From positions 224,001 to 288,000 of the forward strand of contig CAWJCY010000012.1 in assembly GCA_963841565.1 (NCBI GenBank): a stretch of 64,000 bases of DNA. The letters are read 5' to 3'. The position numbers and the translations under genes were made by a program. The stretch is from an uncultured Nitrososphaerales archaeon. GTDB taxonomy: Archaea; Thermoproteota; Nitrososphaeria; Nitrososphaerales; Nitrososphaeraceae. The number at the start of each line of letters is the position of its first letter. The stretch's first letter is position 1. Shown in pieces: positions 31,422 through 42,284 of the stretch. Below the pieces are notes generated by a model that searched no databases, had not been told where the DNA came from, and worked only from the letters and a program-made list of their open reading frames with translations.

Positions 31422-32774
31422 TTACTTTTTGCTTTCTGTCACCCTTTTATCCCGAGCAGCCCTATTGCCTTCCCTTTTACTCCTCAAATAGTCAATAAAA
31501 TATGTAGCAAAAGCTCCTACAAACCCACCAGCGAGGATTGCCAATGGAGTTCCGTATGTAACCCAGAAATCTTTGAAAGTCTGAGCCATTGATGGGGGAT
31601 CAATGACTGAAAAAGTCAAGTTAACGTATCTACTTGCAAAGTTCTCAGCTGGGAGAGAAAGGTTGATTCCTGGTAATTCTATAAATCCTGATGGAAAAAG
31701 AGATCCGGTCGATATATTTACTAACATCGGTATAGTATGCAATCCTATATTAACACCACTCGGAATTCGGATCCTAAATGATGCTGGACTGATAGCAGAG
31801 GTAGTCTCATTTAATGTTGCTTTACTAGTTTGTTCAATGCTAATTTCCGAAGAGTCTTTTACTGGGATAAATGACATTGAATCTGGGAGAGTTCCGGAGC
31901 TTGAAACAAGCTGAAGTCCAATATCTAACTCTTCACCTCGCACTATTTCTATGTTCGATGGGGTGGTTGAAAATGAATAAGTTGGAGGTGGAATATCTAT
32001 CCAGCTGGACAGGTCGACCAGCATTTTCGATGTATTGTCGCTGAGAGACTCTTCAGCCAGGTAAGAATTGTTACTTATATGATTGCTATCATTTGAGTAT
32101 ATTACGACAGAGTAATACAAGACTCTGAAGCGTCCCGGTGATGTTATTGAATCCATTTCAAGAGGAAGAAGCACATACTTCTGACCCTCTCCAAAAAATT
32201 TAGTAGAATTGCTCTCCACGCTTATCGTTCGAGAGTGCTCGGGAGAAGAGTATTCCACGAATAGGGTATTCCAACTTCCTAGCTCTGAATTCCATTGTAA
32301 TTCTTTTTGAAAATCTACACCGTACTTGCCAGTGTCTTCGTTATTATCAGAATCTACGAGTAAGCCATAAACTACCGTTTCGGCCCCAAGTTTTCCAGGA
32401 TCTGATTCTAATTCTCCACCCAACCACAGGGTCGCGTTAAGAATTTTCCCATCCATGCTAAAGTACGTTATCATCTGGATATCGGTGGCATTATCAAGAG
32501 GATTTGTGTAAGTGTGATTTGATCCTAAATTCGGAGAATCGCCGATTGAAACGTTTCTAGGGATTTGAAGTCCGTCGTGTTTTCCAGTGTTCACTTCCTG
32601 CCTTGGAAAAGCTGCAGGCGAAGAGACTGTAGGCGAGGGTGAAGATGCGGATGGAATCGCAGAGGAATCCTGACCATATGCCAATGGAGTTATCTGCTTG
32701 CAAGAGCAGATAGGAATCAAGATTATCAGAAATGTGAGGGCAAATAGGAAAATACTATAGTTGAAGGATTGCAT
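31422..32774 (-). CDS. Exported protein with C-terminal membrane anchor
   Basis: Signal peptide, S/P-rich linker, N-x-S/T sites, C-terminal TM plus basic tail. Confidence 0.8.
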   Translation of the reverse strand: MQSFNYSIFLFALTFLIILIPICSCKQITPLAYGQDSSAIPSASSPSPTVSSPAAFPRQEVNTGKHDGLQIPRNVSIGDSPNLGSNHTYTNPLDNATDIQMITYFSMDGKILNATLWLGGELESDPGKLGAETVVYGLLVDSDNNEDTGKYGVDFQKELQWNSELGSWNTLFVEYSSPEHSRTISVESNSTKFFGEGQKYVLLPLEMDSITSPGRFRVLYYSVVIYSNDSNHISNNSYLAEESLSDNTSKMLVDLSSWIDIPPPTYSFSTTPSNIEIVRGEELDIGLQLVSSSGTLPDSMSFIPVKDSSEISIEQTSKATLNETTSAISPASFRIRIPSGVNIGLHTIPMLVNISTGSLFPSGFIELPGINLSLPAENFASRYVNLTFSVIDPPSMAQTFKDFWVTYGTPLAILAGGFVGAFATYFIDYLRSKREGNRAARDKRVTESKK

Positions 32775-32949
32775 TTCGTACCCACCAGTATTGAGTTTAA
32801 ATCATGGCGTATAATAACGTAATAAAATGCATTTGTATGGCGTCCTTACGGATCAACGAGGGGTTTCGATGCGATTATGAATCCTCCACAGGAGAGAACA
32901 GTATTAGTTAGTGGGAGCAGCTTTTTATCTATAGATAGGGGGATAACAG

Positions 32950-33571
32950 TTGATAGTAGAAAGAATGAGACCCCCGGATCGCAGATTGATTTATGAAAAC
33001 GGTTACTCCTTTTGTGGAAAGATAATTCCTTTAATGTTAGCCGTCGCGCTGGGGTTGGGACTAATGGGATCCTCATGCTTGATAAAAGGCTCGAGTGGAG
33101 AGGCAAACCACACTCTCCCCCATATGCAAAACACTACCGGATTAACGCCTTCGATTTCAACTAGAGCACTAATTCAGCCAGTTCTGCTAGCCCCTATTGT
33201 GGTGTCTGGTGAAAACTTATTCATAGTTTGGCCGGACAATAGAACATCTGTGTCGCAGGAACCGGACTTTGATAGAGGCGCACTTGCCAGCATTTAAAAA
33301 TACTGGCCATGCAAATTGGGATATATTTTTCGTTCGAAGCTACGATCACGGTCAAACCTTCACAGAACCAATCAATTTGAGTAATTCAACGAACGGAACT
33401 TCCATTGGTGCAGAGATCGCTGTACATGATAGGGATCCTAATCACCTTAGCGTTTATGTTACGTTCTGGGACAATAAGACAGGTGAAAACACTCCATATT
33501 TCGTATTTAGTAATGATGGCGGAATTAAGTTTGGTAAGCCTGTTATGTTGAACGTTACTACAATACGTTAA
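32950..33571 (+). CDS. Exported Asp-box (BNR/sialidase-like) protein (+1 frameshift near 33288)
   Basis: RSYDHGQTF and FSNDGGIKF Asp-boxes; two overlapping ORFs join into one. Confidence 0.7.
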
Positions 33572-33782
33572 CTGGTAATGTACGATTTCCTGGTTTCAGG
33601 TTGAGTGTTATGATTTTCTTAGCTATCCACTATAATCAGTCAAGAGAATAGAAATACTCGTATTCAATAATCAATATAAAGACACGATGACATGATGTCC
33701 ATTAATCAGAATTCGTTGGGATCAGACTTATTTAACATACTTTAGGACCCATTCAAATAATTCATAAGTTCAAATACAATTT

Positions 33783-34766
33783 CTAATCGCAACTAGAGAC
33801 TTCATTTAGATTTGAATCGATGATGTGTATCTGATTCCTATTAACAGTAACACTAGTAGTTCTTAGACTGCTACAATCAAATAAAGAATCACTGAGCTCG
33901 GTAAGATGGAGAGTAGCATTTGTTAGATTTGAACTGCGTAAATCAGCATTGGTCAAGTCAGCAAAATCAAGATTAGCATTTGTTAGATTGGAGTACCCTA
34001 AAATTGCATGTGTCAGATCGGCGCTCAATAGATCAGCATCTGTTAAATCGGCGCTCAATAGATCAGCATCTGTTAAATCGGCATATCCAAGGTTAGCATT
34101 TGTTAGATTAGCGTGGCTAAAATCGGTGTCTTGTAGATCGGTATCGACAAGATTAGCGTTAGTTAGATTAGCGTGACGAAGATCAGAGTTGGCTAGAACA
34201 GCGTAGCTAAAATTAGCATTAGTTAAATCGGCACCAGGAAAAAGTGTATCCGTTAGATCAGCATCACTCACGTACGCGTCTTCTAGAACAGCGTTTGAAA
34301 GATTGGAATTTCTCAGATCAGCATTGTAGAGACTAGCATTTCTCAAATTTATTCCCGACAGATCACCAGAAATCTGAACATTGTCCAATGTTGATTTCTC
34401 TAGATTAGCATTCGAAAGATTAGAATGCAAGATTATTACCGAATCCAAATTTACCCTCGTTAACGTTTTGTTAGATAAATCTAGATTTTCGAATGTGATC
34501 GGTTGTTTGAACTGTTTCCTTAATTCATTAAACTCTGAAACTTTAGCTTTAGATTTGCTGTCTTTCGTAATGTTTAGTGCCAGTTCATAGACTGATACTT
34601 TATCATCTTCTAATAGTCCAGCTAATCTCTTTGGAGTTATACTTATGTAGTCGGTAACCACTATGCCGACAATTGGACTAGCAATTACACCGATTATCGT
34701 GAATACAACTGCGGTCCTGTGTTGTGCCAACAGATTCATGAAGCGTCCGCTAGGCATGTCTGACAC
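33783..34766 (-). CDS. Membrane-anchored pentapeptide repeat protein
   Basis: Long A(D/N)Lxx repeat run after an N-terminal TM. Confidence 0.92.
   Translation of the reverse strand: MSDMPSGRFMNLLAQHRTAVVFTIIGVIASPIVGIVVTDYISITPKRLAGLLEDDKVSVYELALNITKDSKSKAKVSEFNELRKQFKQPITFENLDLSNKTLTRVNLDSVIILHSNLSNANLEKSTLDNVQISGDLSGINLRNASLYNADLRNSNLSNAVLEDAYVSDADLTDTLFPGADLTNANFSYAVLANSDLRHANLTNANLVDTDLQDTDFSHANLTNANLGYADLTDADLLSADLTDADLLSADLTHAILGYSNLTNANLDFADLTNADLRSSNLTNATLHLTELSDSLFDCSSLRTTSVTVNRNQIHIIDSNLNEVSSCD
34017..34082. repeat. Perfect 30-bp tandem duplication inside the pentapeptide gene
   Basis: atcggcgctcaatagatcagcatctgttaa x2 plus a partial copy. Confidence 0.9.
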
Positions 34767-34959
34767 GGAAGTCTCAAATTAATAAATACGAACCGATATT
34801 GAATATAAGTATTTCTTATATAAGAATCTTCTATAACACATTCATGGTGCCAGTGGGCTCCAACACTCTAGCGGTTCAAAAAGTAGATTCTGTACTTGGT
34901 AACAGCAGACTACTTTGTAATCCAAATCTATTTAAATCACCATATTTCATAGAACCCGT

Positions 34960-35496
34960 TTGAATAGGATAACAATGTTGTCATTACCTCTGTCCTTGTT
35001 GATTATCTCCAGTGTGGCAGTTTTGCCTCATTTCGGCCCAGATTTATTGGCACAGACTCCTCAACCAAGTGTTAACAAACAGGTTACCCTGCCTTTGGAC
35101 GTAGCCGATTCCATTTATAGCGCTAATACAACCAAGTTCTTAGGTTCAAAAAATATATCATTAACTCCTTACCGAATGACAGAGGAACGTTCCTCTGACC
35201 AAGGATTCCTAAAAGGCGTTGGAAATGTTACTAACAATCAGACTTATATAAGCACTCACTTATCTGATGAATTAATCCAGAGTATAGGTAATGGGACATT
35301 TGAGATTCCAGATGGACAAAGTATTGCTTGGATATCTTCTGCTATAGGAAGACCCGTTGATGATCGTTGGGTTTTCCATGGAATAATATTATTCAATAAT
35401 ACGCAAAGCGAATCATTGTCTTTACTAAATAATAGTATCGGTTTATCCAAGGATACTGTTGGCAATGAGCCAAATTATATCTGGCTTTTGGAATAG
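34960..35496 (+). CDS. Exported hypothetical protein
   Basis: Signal peptide; TATA-like TTTAAAT about 25 bp upstream. Confidence 0.7.
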   Translation: MNRITMLSLPLSLLIISSVAVLPHFGPDLLAQTPQPSVNKQVTLPLDVADSIYSANTTKFLGSKNISLTPYRMTEERSSDQGFLKGVGNVTNNQTYISTHLSDELIQSIGNGTFEIPDGQSIAWISSAIGRPVDDRWVFHGIILFNNTQSESLSLLNNSIGLSKDTVGNEPNYIWLLE

Positions 35497-35599
35497 TGTC
35501 ATCTGCCACGCATCCAACTGAAACTAAATGATGCGTCTTCTATACCATATTATTCCTTGAATATTCCATATAAAACAGGATACAAAACAATAACTACAA

Positions 35600-35871
35600 C
35601 CGAGATTATCGCAACCACGTCTTACGAGTCTAATACTCTTATCATTATCATCTACGAAGTTAGCAAATGTTTCGCCTGGCTCAATATCTAGTTGGTCGGC
35701 TATTTCTCTAGGAATTGGTAATATGAAGGGGGGTCTATCTCTTGGTCAAGCGGCATGAATCCTGGCGTATTCAGCCTTAACCTTCTTCCCTCCGACCAAG
35801 GTAAGTAGTGTTTGTGGAAGGTAGTTGGTCTTTATTGTCTAGCAACCTGACTTTATTATATCTTTCTTCAT
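35600..35871 (-). pseudogene. AbrB/MazE-like DNA-binding protein relic
   Basis: Minus frame reads FILPIPREIADQLDIEPGETF...KSIRLVR with an in-frame TGA upstream; ends approximate. Confidence 0.45.
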
Positions 35872-35951
35872 TTTACTGAGAATCTCAGATGTGTTCATAA
35901 AATAGGTCATAATTGCGAGAAGTATTGAAATTTGTGATAGTAACGATGTCA

Positions 35952-36824
35952 TTAATGACCAGGCAATATCGTTACAAAAAATACTTTGCTAGGATTCTGG
36001 TTTAGCTCATCTTCTTGTATTCTAAAAATTGCATAGGTTCGATCTTTAACAATACTTATGAAGTCATTCAGCTCATCATCTGATAGGTGTGTAACTCTTT
36101 CTTGTATTGCTCGGGTAACCCACCCCTTTGGATTAGAAACAGTGATTAAATTGCAACCGTCAACGGGCATTGGGACTTCGACTGCCATTAAACTTGTTTG
36201 ATTCTTTGTCCACTCCCTGATCGCATTTAACAATCCTCTAGGCAATTGGTTTCTGTAGAGATCATTAAGGACACGCTCCTTGTCCACTTTGTGATGCTGT
36301 ATTTCCACTAGTCTTTCCGTATCACAAGTGTGCCCAGTTAGGATTGGAACTAGTGAGGGGTTGAATTTATCCTTGTATATACATAAGGGATGATCAATTA
36401 AGCAATTTCGACATACATATCCGATGTAGCCGATCGCCTCTAGATCTTCAATTTTAGGTTGTAATACAAAATTAAAAGTCCTTTCGGCATGAGGAGAAGA
36501 ACTTCCACTGAATCTATGATATGATTCTCGGCTCGGCATGAATGAAATCTCTTCTCTCAACGTTTTGATCTCTGCAATCTTGCGGAGAATATCTAATGAC
36601 CGATCAAGAGGATTCTTGTCTAATTTGGGAGCATGAAAATTAGAGTGAGGTCTGTAATGAGGTGACATGTGAGACTCGAATCTTGAAGATTTAAAGTTCA
36701 TTATTGGAGATGTGAAGGACGACGAAAGAGGATTTGGTGAATGCATGTCCCTAATATGTCTCTCCTTATTCCAACGCCTTGAAAACGGCTTTGAACAGAC
36801 CAAGCAATAATGTTTTTCTCTCAA
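35952..36824 (-). CDS. C2H2 zinc-finger protein
   Basis: N-terminal CLVCSKPFSRRWNKERHIRDMH; second CRNC...HTC motif. Confidence 0.8.
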   Translation of the reverse strand: MREKHYCLVCSKPFSRRWNKERHIRDMHSPNPLSSSFTSPIMNFKSSRFESHMSPHYRPHSNFHAPKLDKNPLDRSLDILRKIAEIKTLREEISFMPSRESYHRFSGSSSPHAERTFNFVLQPKIEDLEAIGYIGYVCRNCLIDHPLCIYKDKFNPSLVPILTGHTCDTERLVEIQHHKVDKERVLNDLYRNQLPRGLLNAIREWTKNQTSLMAVEVPMPVDGCNLITVSNPKGWVTRAIQERVTHLSDDELNDFISIVKDRTYAIFRIQEDELNQNPSKVFFVTILPGH

Positions 36825-36841
36825 TTCGGATTGTCACTCTT

Positions 36842-36917
36842 TTTGACATGACACACTGTATTGGTGTATCTGGAGTTACTCCGGGAGTAACTCGAGTTAC
36901 TCTTCGAGTGTGTCAAA
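36842..36917. promoter_or_regulatory. Nested inverted-repeat element upstream of the C2H2 gene
   Basis: GAGTTACTC/GAGTAACTC/GAGTTACTC flanked by TGACACACT...AGTGTGTCA; function inferred only. Confidence 0.45.
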
Positions 36918-37380
36918 GTAGCCATTTAATATTTAAAAGAACATCCTTGTTATTATACCTTTTTACATGAGAATATAGTATGACATTCGTAAACATTCCA
37001 TTAGTAACTATATCTTGAATTTGATTGGAGATGATGCGATTGCACAGATCTGTTTGCCATGATTTTTAGGAACGGTTGGAAGGCAACCCTATACTTGTCT
37101 TCAGTCTTCTTGGCGCGATGTCCTTCGGTAACTTTAAAGAATCCTCTTTGCTTCTGAAGCATTTTCTGATTTCGATTCTGCTCTTGCTCCTGTCATTGCT
37201 TCAAAATATCGAAGTTAGTCAACCAACAGGCAACTAGATACATAGTAAGAGAAGTATTTCTGCTAATCTAACATAGCGATAATCATATTTACTATTGATA
37301 ATTACTATTAGACAATAATAATCACTATGTACAATAAGACATAATTAAGTATAACTTTCAATAATAAAAATGGAACATAG

Positions 37381-37633
37381 GTGTCAATACAAGCGAAACA
37401 TCGATCCAGATCCGAAATAATATCATCGATTCTTCAAGTGATTAATGGCAACAGCTTAAGAATAACTGAGATTCACATCATACACCATATTAAAGGAGTA
37501 CTTGATCCATTTGCTTCAAAATGATCTCATCGAATACGCTGAAAGTGAACGTACATTTAAAACTACTCCAAAAGGCATGCAATTTCTGCAAGTATGGAGC
37601 GAGATGGATGGACTATTCGTAAGAAATCCATGA
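37381..37633 (+). pseudogene. Winged-helix (HTH_45-type) regulator pseudogene
   Basis: HRSRSEIISSIL... in one frame, SYTILKEYL..L.QNDLIEY...TFKTTPKGMQFL in another; the connecting segment is shorter than usual (deletion). Confidence 0.7.
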
Positions 37634-39012
37634 ACTCGTAATAATCTGATCATACTCGAAATTACAAAGCCTTCTGTTGATTAAATATTACTGAACGTGG
37701 AACAAGGCACTATCATGAAACCTGCTATCTGCAACAATTGAGCTCGTCTATACAGCAATAGGAGGATGTGAGAGCCCTTGTTCTGAAGCAAGGACTTAAC
37801 ATGCATACGCAATCTTTCAAAATTCTCATCAGCTAAAAATTCTGAACTTAACAAATGCGAAGATAAACCTATAAAAAGTATAAGAGCAGTTCGTGTAGCA
37901 CAGAAACAAAGAATAACAAAGAAAATAAAATCGTACGTCAGCGCCTATGTGCCATTTTTGAACTACACTTCAACTACTCTTTCAACGAAACTTCAACTAC
38001 TGTTATGCTTTTTTTCTCTGTCTTCGATAATGCGATTTAGATCATTCCTTGGTCTTTTCATCTTTATGTCTGCACCTATGAATTCATTAAGTCTCTGCAA
38101 TTCCTCCCTTATACGCTAGTACGGCAGTATTGGATTCGGACCCTACCCAAATTTGCTATGATGGCCGTAGTTAGAGACTACCGTTTTTTCACAAATGATG
38201 TCTCTAGTGATTTTACGCTAGTCCCTAACGTGTTTCTCATATTTGAAACAAGAGGAATCCAACAAGGATCAGTTATCCCATTCAGAAGCGTAAAAGCCAA
38301 AGTATTTCTGACTACAAGTTTCCGTGATCAATTGATCTATACTGTTACTCTATTTGCATCTTTCTAAACCTCACTATTACATTAATGAATTACTACTGGA
38401 TCGTCGTCTATTAATGCGCTGCTCTGTATGATTTTATTACAAAATATACTGAAATAGGCATGATCTGATAAAGCTCAAGCATATATCATGTAGCAAAGAT
38501 ACTTAGAATGGGATAATCTTTTTTAATTACATCTTAGATTCCAATTCTTTATGAGAGTTCAATATTGAAAGGGCGTTTCGCCGCTATCATTACTTGGGTG
38601 TTGGGCTCAGGGACTTTGTTGTTCGTCACATTGCAATGGATTTTCATCATCAGAGAAGGTTTAACATTCGTAAGTCTTGAGCAGCAAATGCTTTAGTCAT
38701 CTCTCTCAAAGTCTTGGGTTTAGCACTTCCTTGGACTTGGGCTTTTGCCGTCTACGCAAGGCCTACGCCGCTGTTACCACCTTGAAAAAATGGATATATG
38801 AACCTCGAAACATCGATCTTGTGAATTGATTAAATTCACTCCTTCTTGCTATATTGCATTTCCATAAGCAATTCTTACACCTGCAGTATCAATAATGCAA
38901 TGCCATAGCTCCACTATTGAGTTTGACAGTGCTTTACACTTTATTCGCTATCACACAATTCGACATGCAACTTGCCTTTAGGCTTCATAGTTTAACTAAG
39001 CCCTTATATTAT

Positions 39013-39035
39013 ATGGGGCCAGTGGGATTTGAATC
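39013..39035. repeat. att-like copy of the tRNA-Pro 3' end
   Basis: 17-bp exact match, 21/23 overall, to 42284..42306. Confidence 0.8.
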
Positions 39036-39094
39036 TAGGTGGTAAATGGGTTCAGTTACAGTCTTTCATCTGATCAGCTCTTTTATTTAATTTG

Positions 39095-39442
39095 TTAAAC
39101 GCCTTTTCTATGGGGGTGAAACACTATCCTTTTATCATCTTTCTCTAGCTTTGTCACAGCGTCTATTGAGGACTCTATATCAATCTCTTGGCCGACCTTC
39201 TCTTCCATATAATCTTGAAAATCTTTGAAATCATAAAGTTCAGTATAGGATCTTCCCGATTCCAGGAGGCCTATACCATATCTGTTTATAGTCCTAAAGT
39301 CTATAGGTGTCTTAAATGCGATTCCTATAATATAGTCTATAAACCAAACCTCCTTATCTTCAATTATGTAAATATACTCTGCATTTGAATCTTGAGCTGT
39401 GATTTGTGGTTGGCTTATTTTCTTTCCCTCAGTATTGGTCAT
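39095..39442 (-). CDS. Hypothetical protein
   Basis: 115 aa ATG ORF with TTTATA about 20 bp upstream. Confidence 0.6.
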   Translation of the reverse strand: MTNTEGKKISQPQITAQDSNAEYIYIIEDKEVWFIDYIIGIAFKTPIDFRTINRYGIGLLESGRSYTELYDFKDFQDYMEEKVGQEIDIESSIDAVTKLEKDDKRIVFHPHRKGV

Positions 39443-39727
39443 ACGCGTTCATATCTATTGTATAAACACAATCCAGCCAGTTAAATGCTCCTTGAATCCC
39501 ATTCTCCGAAAGTATTCTTCCATAGTTTTTTTGCACTAATCTATCTGGTTCGGTGGGATGCAATACACTAGTGTATGCAACTTCAACTAGATAATTACGA
39601 TGTACTGATTTTTAAACTCTATCAAAAGACGAATATTATTCGTAAAGACTTTTGATTTGATTAGAGGTTCGTATCTTGCAATAATAGTAAATCTTTTTAC
39701 ACTAGAATTGACTTACCATTTTGGTAA

Positions 39728-40924
39728 TTGTCTTCAGAAGGTAAACGAATCTTAATTTTGGGTGCAGGATTCGGAGGGTTAACAACTGCTAATTTATTGC
39801 AGAAAAATCTTTCTCTATCCTCAGTAGAGCACCAAATTAGTATTGTCGATTCCAAAGACTATTTCATAATGGGGCTTGTAAATTTATGGATCTTAAGTGG
39901 AATAAGAACACTGGAAGATTCTAAAGTAGCATTAAGCAGGTTGGGAAATAAAGGAATAAGCTATCTAAATGGTGAAGTAACAGCTATTGATCCTGTCTCA
40001 AGGACTGTCACAATCAAAGGAACTTCGACTTTCAGATTAGAATATGACTATTTGGTAATAGCATTAGGAACAGAATTTGCACTCGAACATGTCAGAGGAT
40101 TTTTAGAAAATGGAGGCTCTAATCTATATGATGCAGAGCAAGTTCCAAAATTAAGAGAAAAGATACTTTCATTAAAAAAGGGGAGAATAGCAATATGCAT
40201 AACCTCTGTTCCATACAAATGCCCACCAGCACCATATGAGGCATCTCTCCTTATCAATGATATTTTAGTTAAGAATGGTACAAGGGACTCAATTGATATC
40301 GAAATTTATACACCAACTCCAATTGCTTTACCTGTAGCTGGAACAAAAGTAAGTCAAGATGTTATTAACCTTCTTGATGAAAGCCATGTCAATTTCCATC
40401 CATTACATAAAATAAAGACAGTCTCAGACACAAAAGAGATAGAGTTTGAAAATGGAAATAGGGTAAATTATGATTTGTTGATAGGTATCCCTCCTCATAA
40501 AGTTCCTGAAGTAATAAGGAATTCTAATCTAATAAAGCAAGGACAAAACTGGATTAATGTCGACAAGTTCAGTCTTAAGACAGATTATCAAAATGTTTTT
40601 GCAATAGGGGATGTAAATGAAATTAAAGTAAATGAAAATGTAGCTATTCCTAAAGCTGGAGTATTTGCAGAAGCTCAGGCGAAGGTAGTTAGCCACCAAA
40701 TTATCGATGATATTGAAAACAACAGGGATAACCTATCATCATCAAAATTTGATGGAAAGGGCTTTTGTTTTATGGAAGTTGGAGATAAGAGGGCAGGGTA
40801 TATTGCTGCAGATTTTTATAATGAAGTTGGTCCTGTCACTCTACTTGAGCCACCATCTGAGGAATCATACGAAAAGAAATTAGATTTTGAAAAAAGTAAG
40901 ATAAGTGAGTGGTTATTATCGTAG
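39728..40924 (+). CDS. Sulfide:quinone oxidoreductase-like FAD-dependent oxidoreductase
   Basis: GAGFGG, YDYLVIALG, YKCPPAPYE, FAIGD, PKAGVFA, GKGFCFME (both redox Cys present). Confidence 0.85.
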   Translation: MSSEGKRILILGAGFGGLTTANLLQKNLSLSSVEHQISIVDSKDYFIMGLVNLWILSGIRTLEDSKVALSRLGNKGISYLNGEVTAIDPVSRTVTIKGTSTFRLEYDYLVIALGTEFALEHVRGFLENGGSNLYDAEQVPKLREKILSLKKGRIAICITSVPYKCPPAPYEASLLINDILVKNGTRDSIDIEIYTPTPIALPVAGTKVSQDVINLLDESHVNFHPLHKIKTVSDTKEIEFENGNRVNYDLLIGIPPHKVPEVIRNSNLIKQGQNWINVDKFSLKTDYQNVFAIGDVNEIKVNENVAIPKAGVFAEAQAKVVSHQIIDDIENNRDNLSSSKFDGKGFCFMEVGDKRAGYIAADFYNEVGPVTLLEPPSEESYEKKLDFEKSKISEWLLS

Positions 40925-40951
40925 TCCGCTACTTGTATGTCTACCGATCTT

Positions 40952-41086
40952 TTACTTTGAAGCCACCAAGGGTTGCTCTTCTACTTTCTCTAGCTCTGGT
41001 TGCTGTTCTTCTTCTTCCTCAGCTAGCTTATCCATTCTTCTCTTGAAGAATTTGTTATATTCGTAGTCTGATATAAATTCACACAT
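40952..41086 (-). CDS. 44-aa acidic small protein (not in ORF track)
   Basis: MCEFISDYEYNKFFKRRMDKLAEEEEEQQPELEKVEEQPLVASK; TTTAAATA about 23 bp upstream of the ATG. Confidence 0.5.
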   Translation of the reverse strand: MCEFISDYEYNKFFKRRMDKLAEEEEEQQPELEKVEEQPLVASK

Positions 41087-41144
41087 ACTATGGTATTCTG
41101 TAGTATATTATTTAAACAGGATTCCCAATGAATTTTTTTACATG

Positions 41145-41560
41145 ACGATATCATTCTCCGAATACGGCTCATCCCTTTACTTTTTTTTGCTTATTATTAT
41201 AACCATCTCGGAGGTTCGCCTACTGATTCTTAATTACTTCTTAAGTACAGATTAAGAAACCATCTAAAGAAAAGTCTTGATTCAAATAATGATTTCAAGT
41301 AGTTATCCATTTCATATCAGGGTCGTCGTCTACAGATTTTCGTTTACTATCTAGAAAAGAGAGAACCTACTGCTTGCTTGTAATGTCATAGAAGGATATC
41401 TCGTGACCAAGGTAGTTAGCAAAAGCAATCGACACCTTTAGAATGTTGTTGACGTGGTGGACTGAGAGGTTATTGCTCATAAGATAGGCATCGAATGCTG
41501 CAATATCATCTCTGCTAGCTGAGTTTGGTACTAACTGTATCTTGTTCACGGTAGTGGAAA
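41145..41560 (-). pseudogene. Tyrosine integrase N-terminal relic
   Basis: FDAYLMSNNLS.HH.NNILK..IAFANYLG..ISFYDI..Q*VLSFLDSKRKSVDDDPDMKWITT*NHYL, then RLFFRW in a shifted frame; resembles Nitrososphaera-type integrases as I recall them; catalytic domain absent. Confidence 0.65.
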
Positions 41561-41881
41561 GTTTGGTAGTCGTTGTTTTAATTCGCTCCTGTGATGTTAA
41601 GTTTGTTTATCAATTATATGAACCCACGTACATAATGGGGTCAGTGGTTCCCACAATAATATTGATTCTAAAACTGGATTCAAGAACTATCATGATACGT
41701 ATTTTAAATATTCCTACTCCTAAGAGAGTATGCCGATTCCATCAGAACTCACCGATATTGGGTATAAGTAGCGACGACGCTAAGAGAATACTTAAAAATA
41801 TCTGGTACTATTCCGTCACGGTATGAATTCCAAAATATCACTTGTCCATTTGAGGGAATCATATAATGTTTAATACGTGGA

Positions 41882-42163
41882 TTGTATTGTCCTATATCAA
41901 TGTCACAGGATTCTAGAGTTGAAAGAAAAAGGAAATTGGAAGAACAACTCAATAGTAAAGTGTCTAACGATTGGAAGGATTTAGTTGAGAAATCAGATCA
42001 GTACATGAAACAAATGCAAGAAAATAATCGCCGATATTATGAACAACAACTAGATAAAGAACTAGATGATATGGAAAAAGACCTTAAGTCGGGAAATATC
42101 ATAGGTGCAATGTATCATCGGAATGCTGCTGATACCTACCTCAGGTTACTTAATTTAATGTGA
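41882..42163 (+). CDS. Hypothetical coiled-coil protein
   Basis: Charged helical ORF; likely start at MSQDS. Confidence 0.55.
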   Translation: MYCPISMSQDSRVERKRKLEEQLNSKVSNDWKDLVEKSDQYMKQMQENNRRYYEQQLDKELDDMEKDLKSGNIIGAMYHRNAADTYLRLLNLM

Positions 42164-42284
42164 TTTAACAATACACTAATGTAGCTAGGTAGCCTGAAGT
42201 TCATTTTGGACGGGCTAGCCTTCTATTCTCATCTACCTAGTTTCACTTTTTCAAGTGAATCCAATAAAAGAACCAATATCACAA

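Noticed and set aside
37030-37200. Minus-strand GFFKVTEGHRAKKTEDKYRVAFQPFL resembling an integrase N-terminus
   Set aside because: Too short and degenerate to call without a profile search
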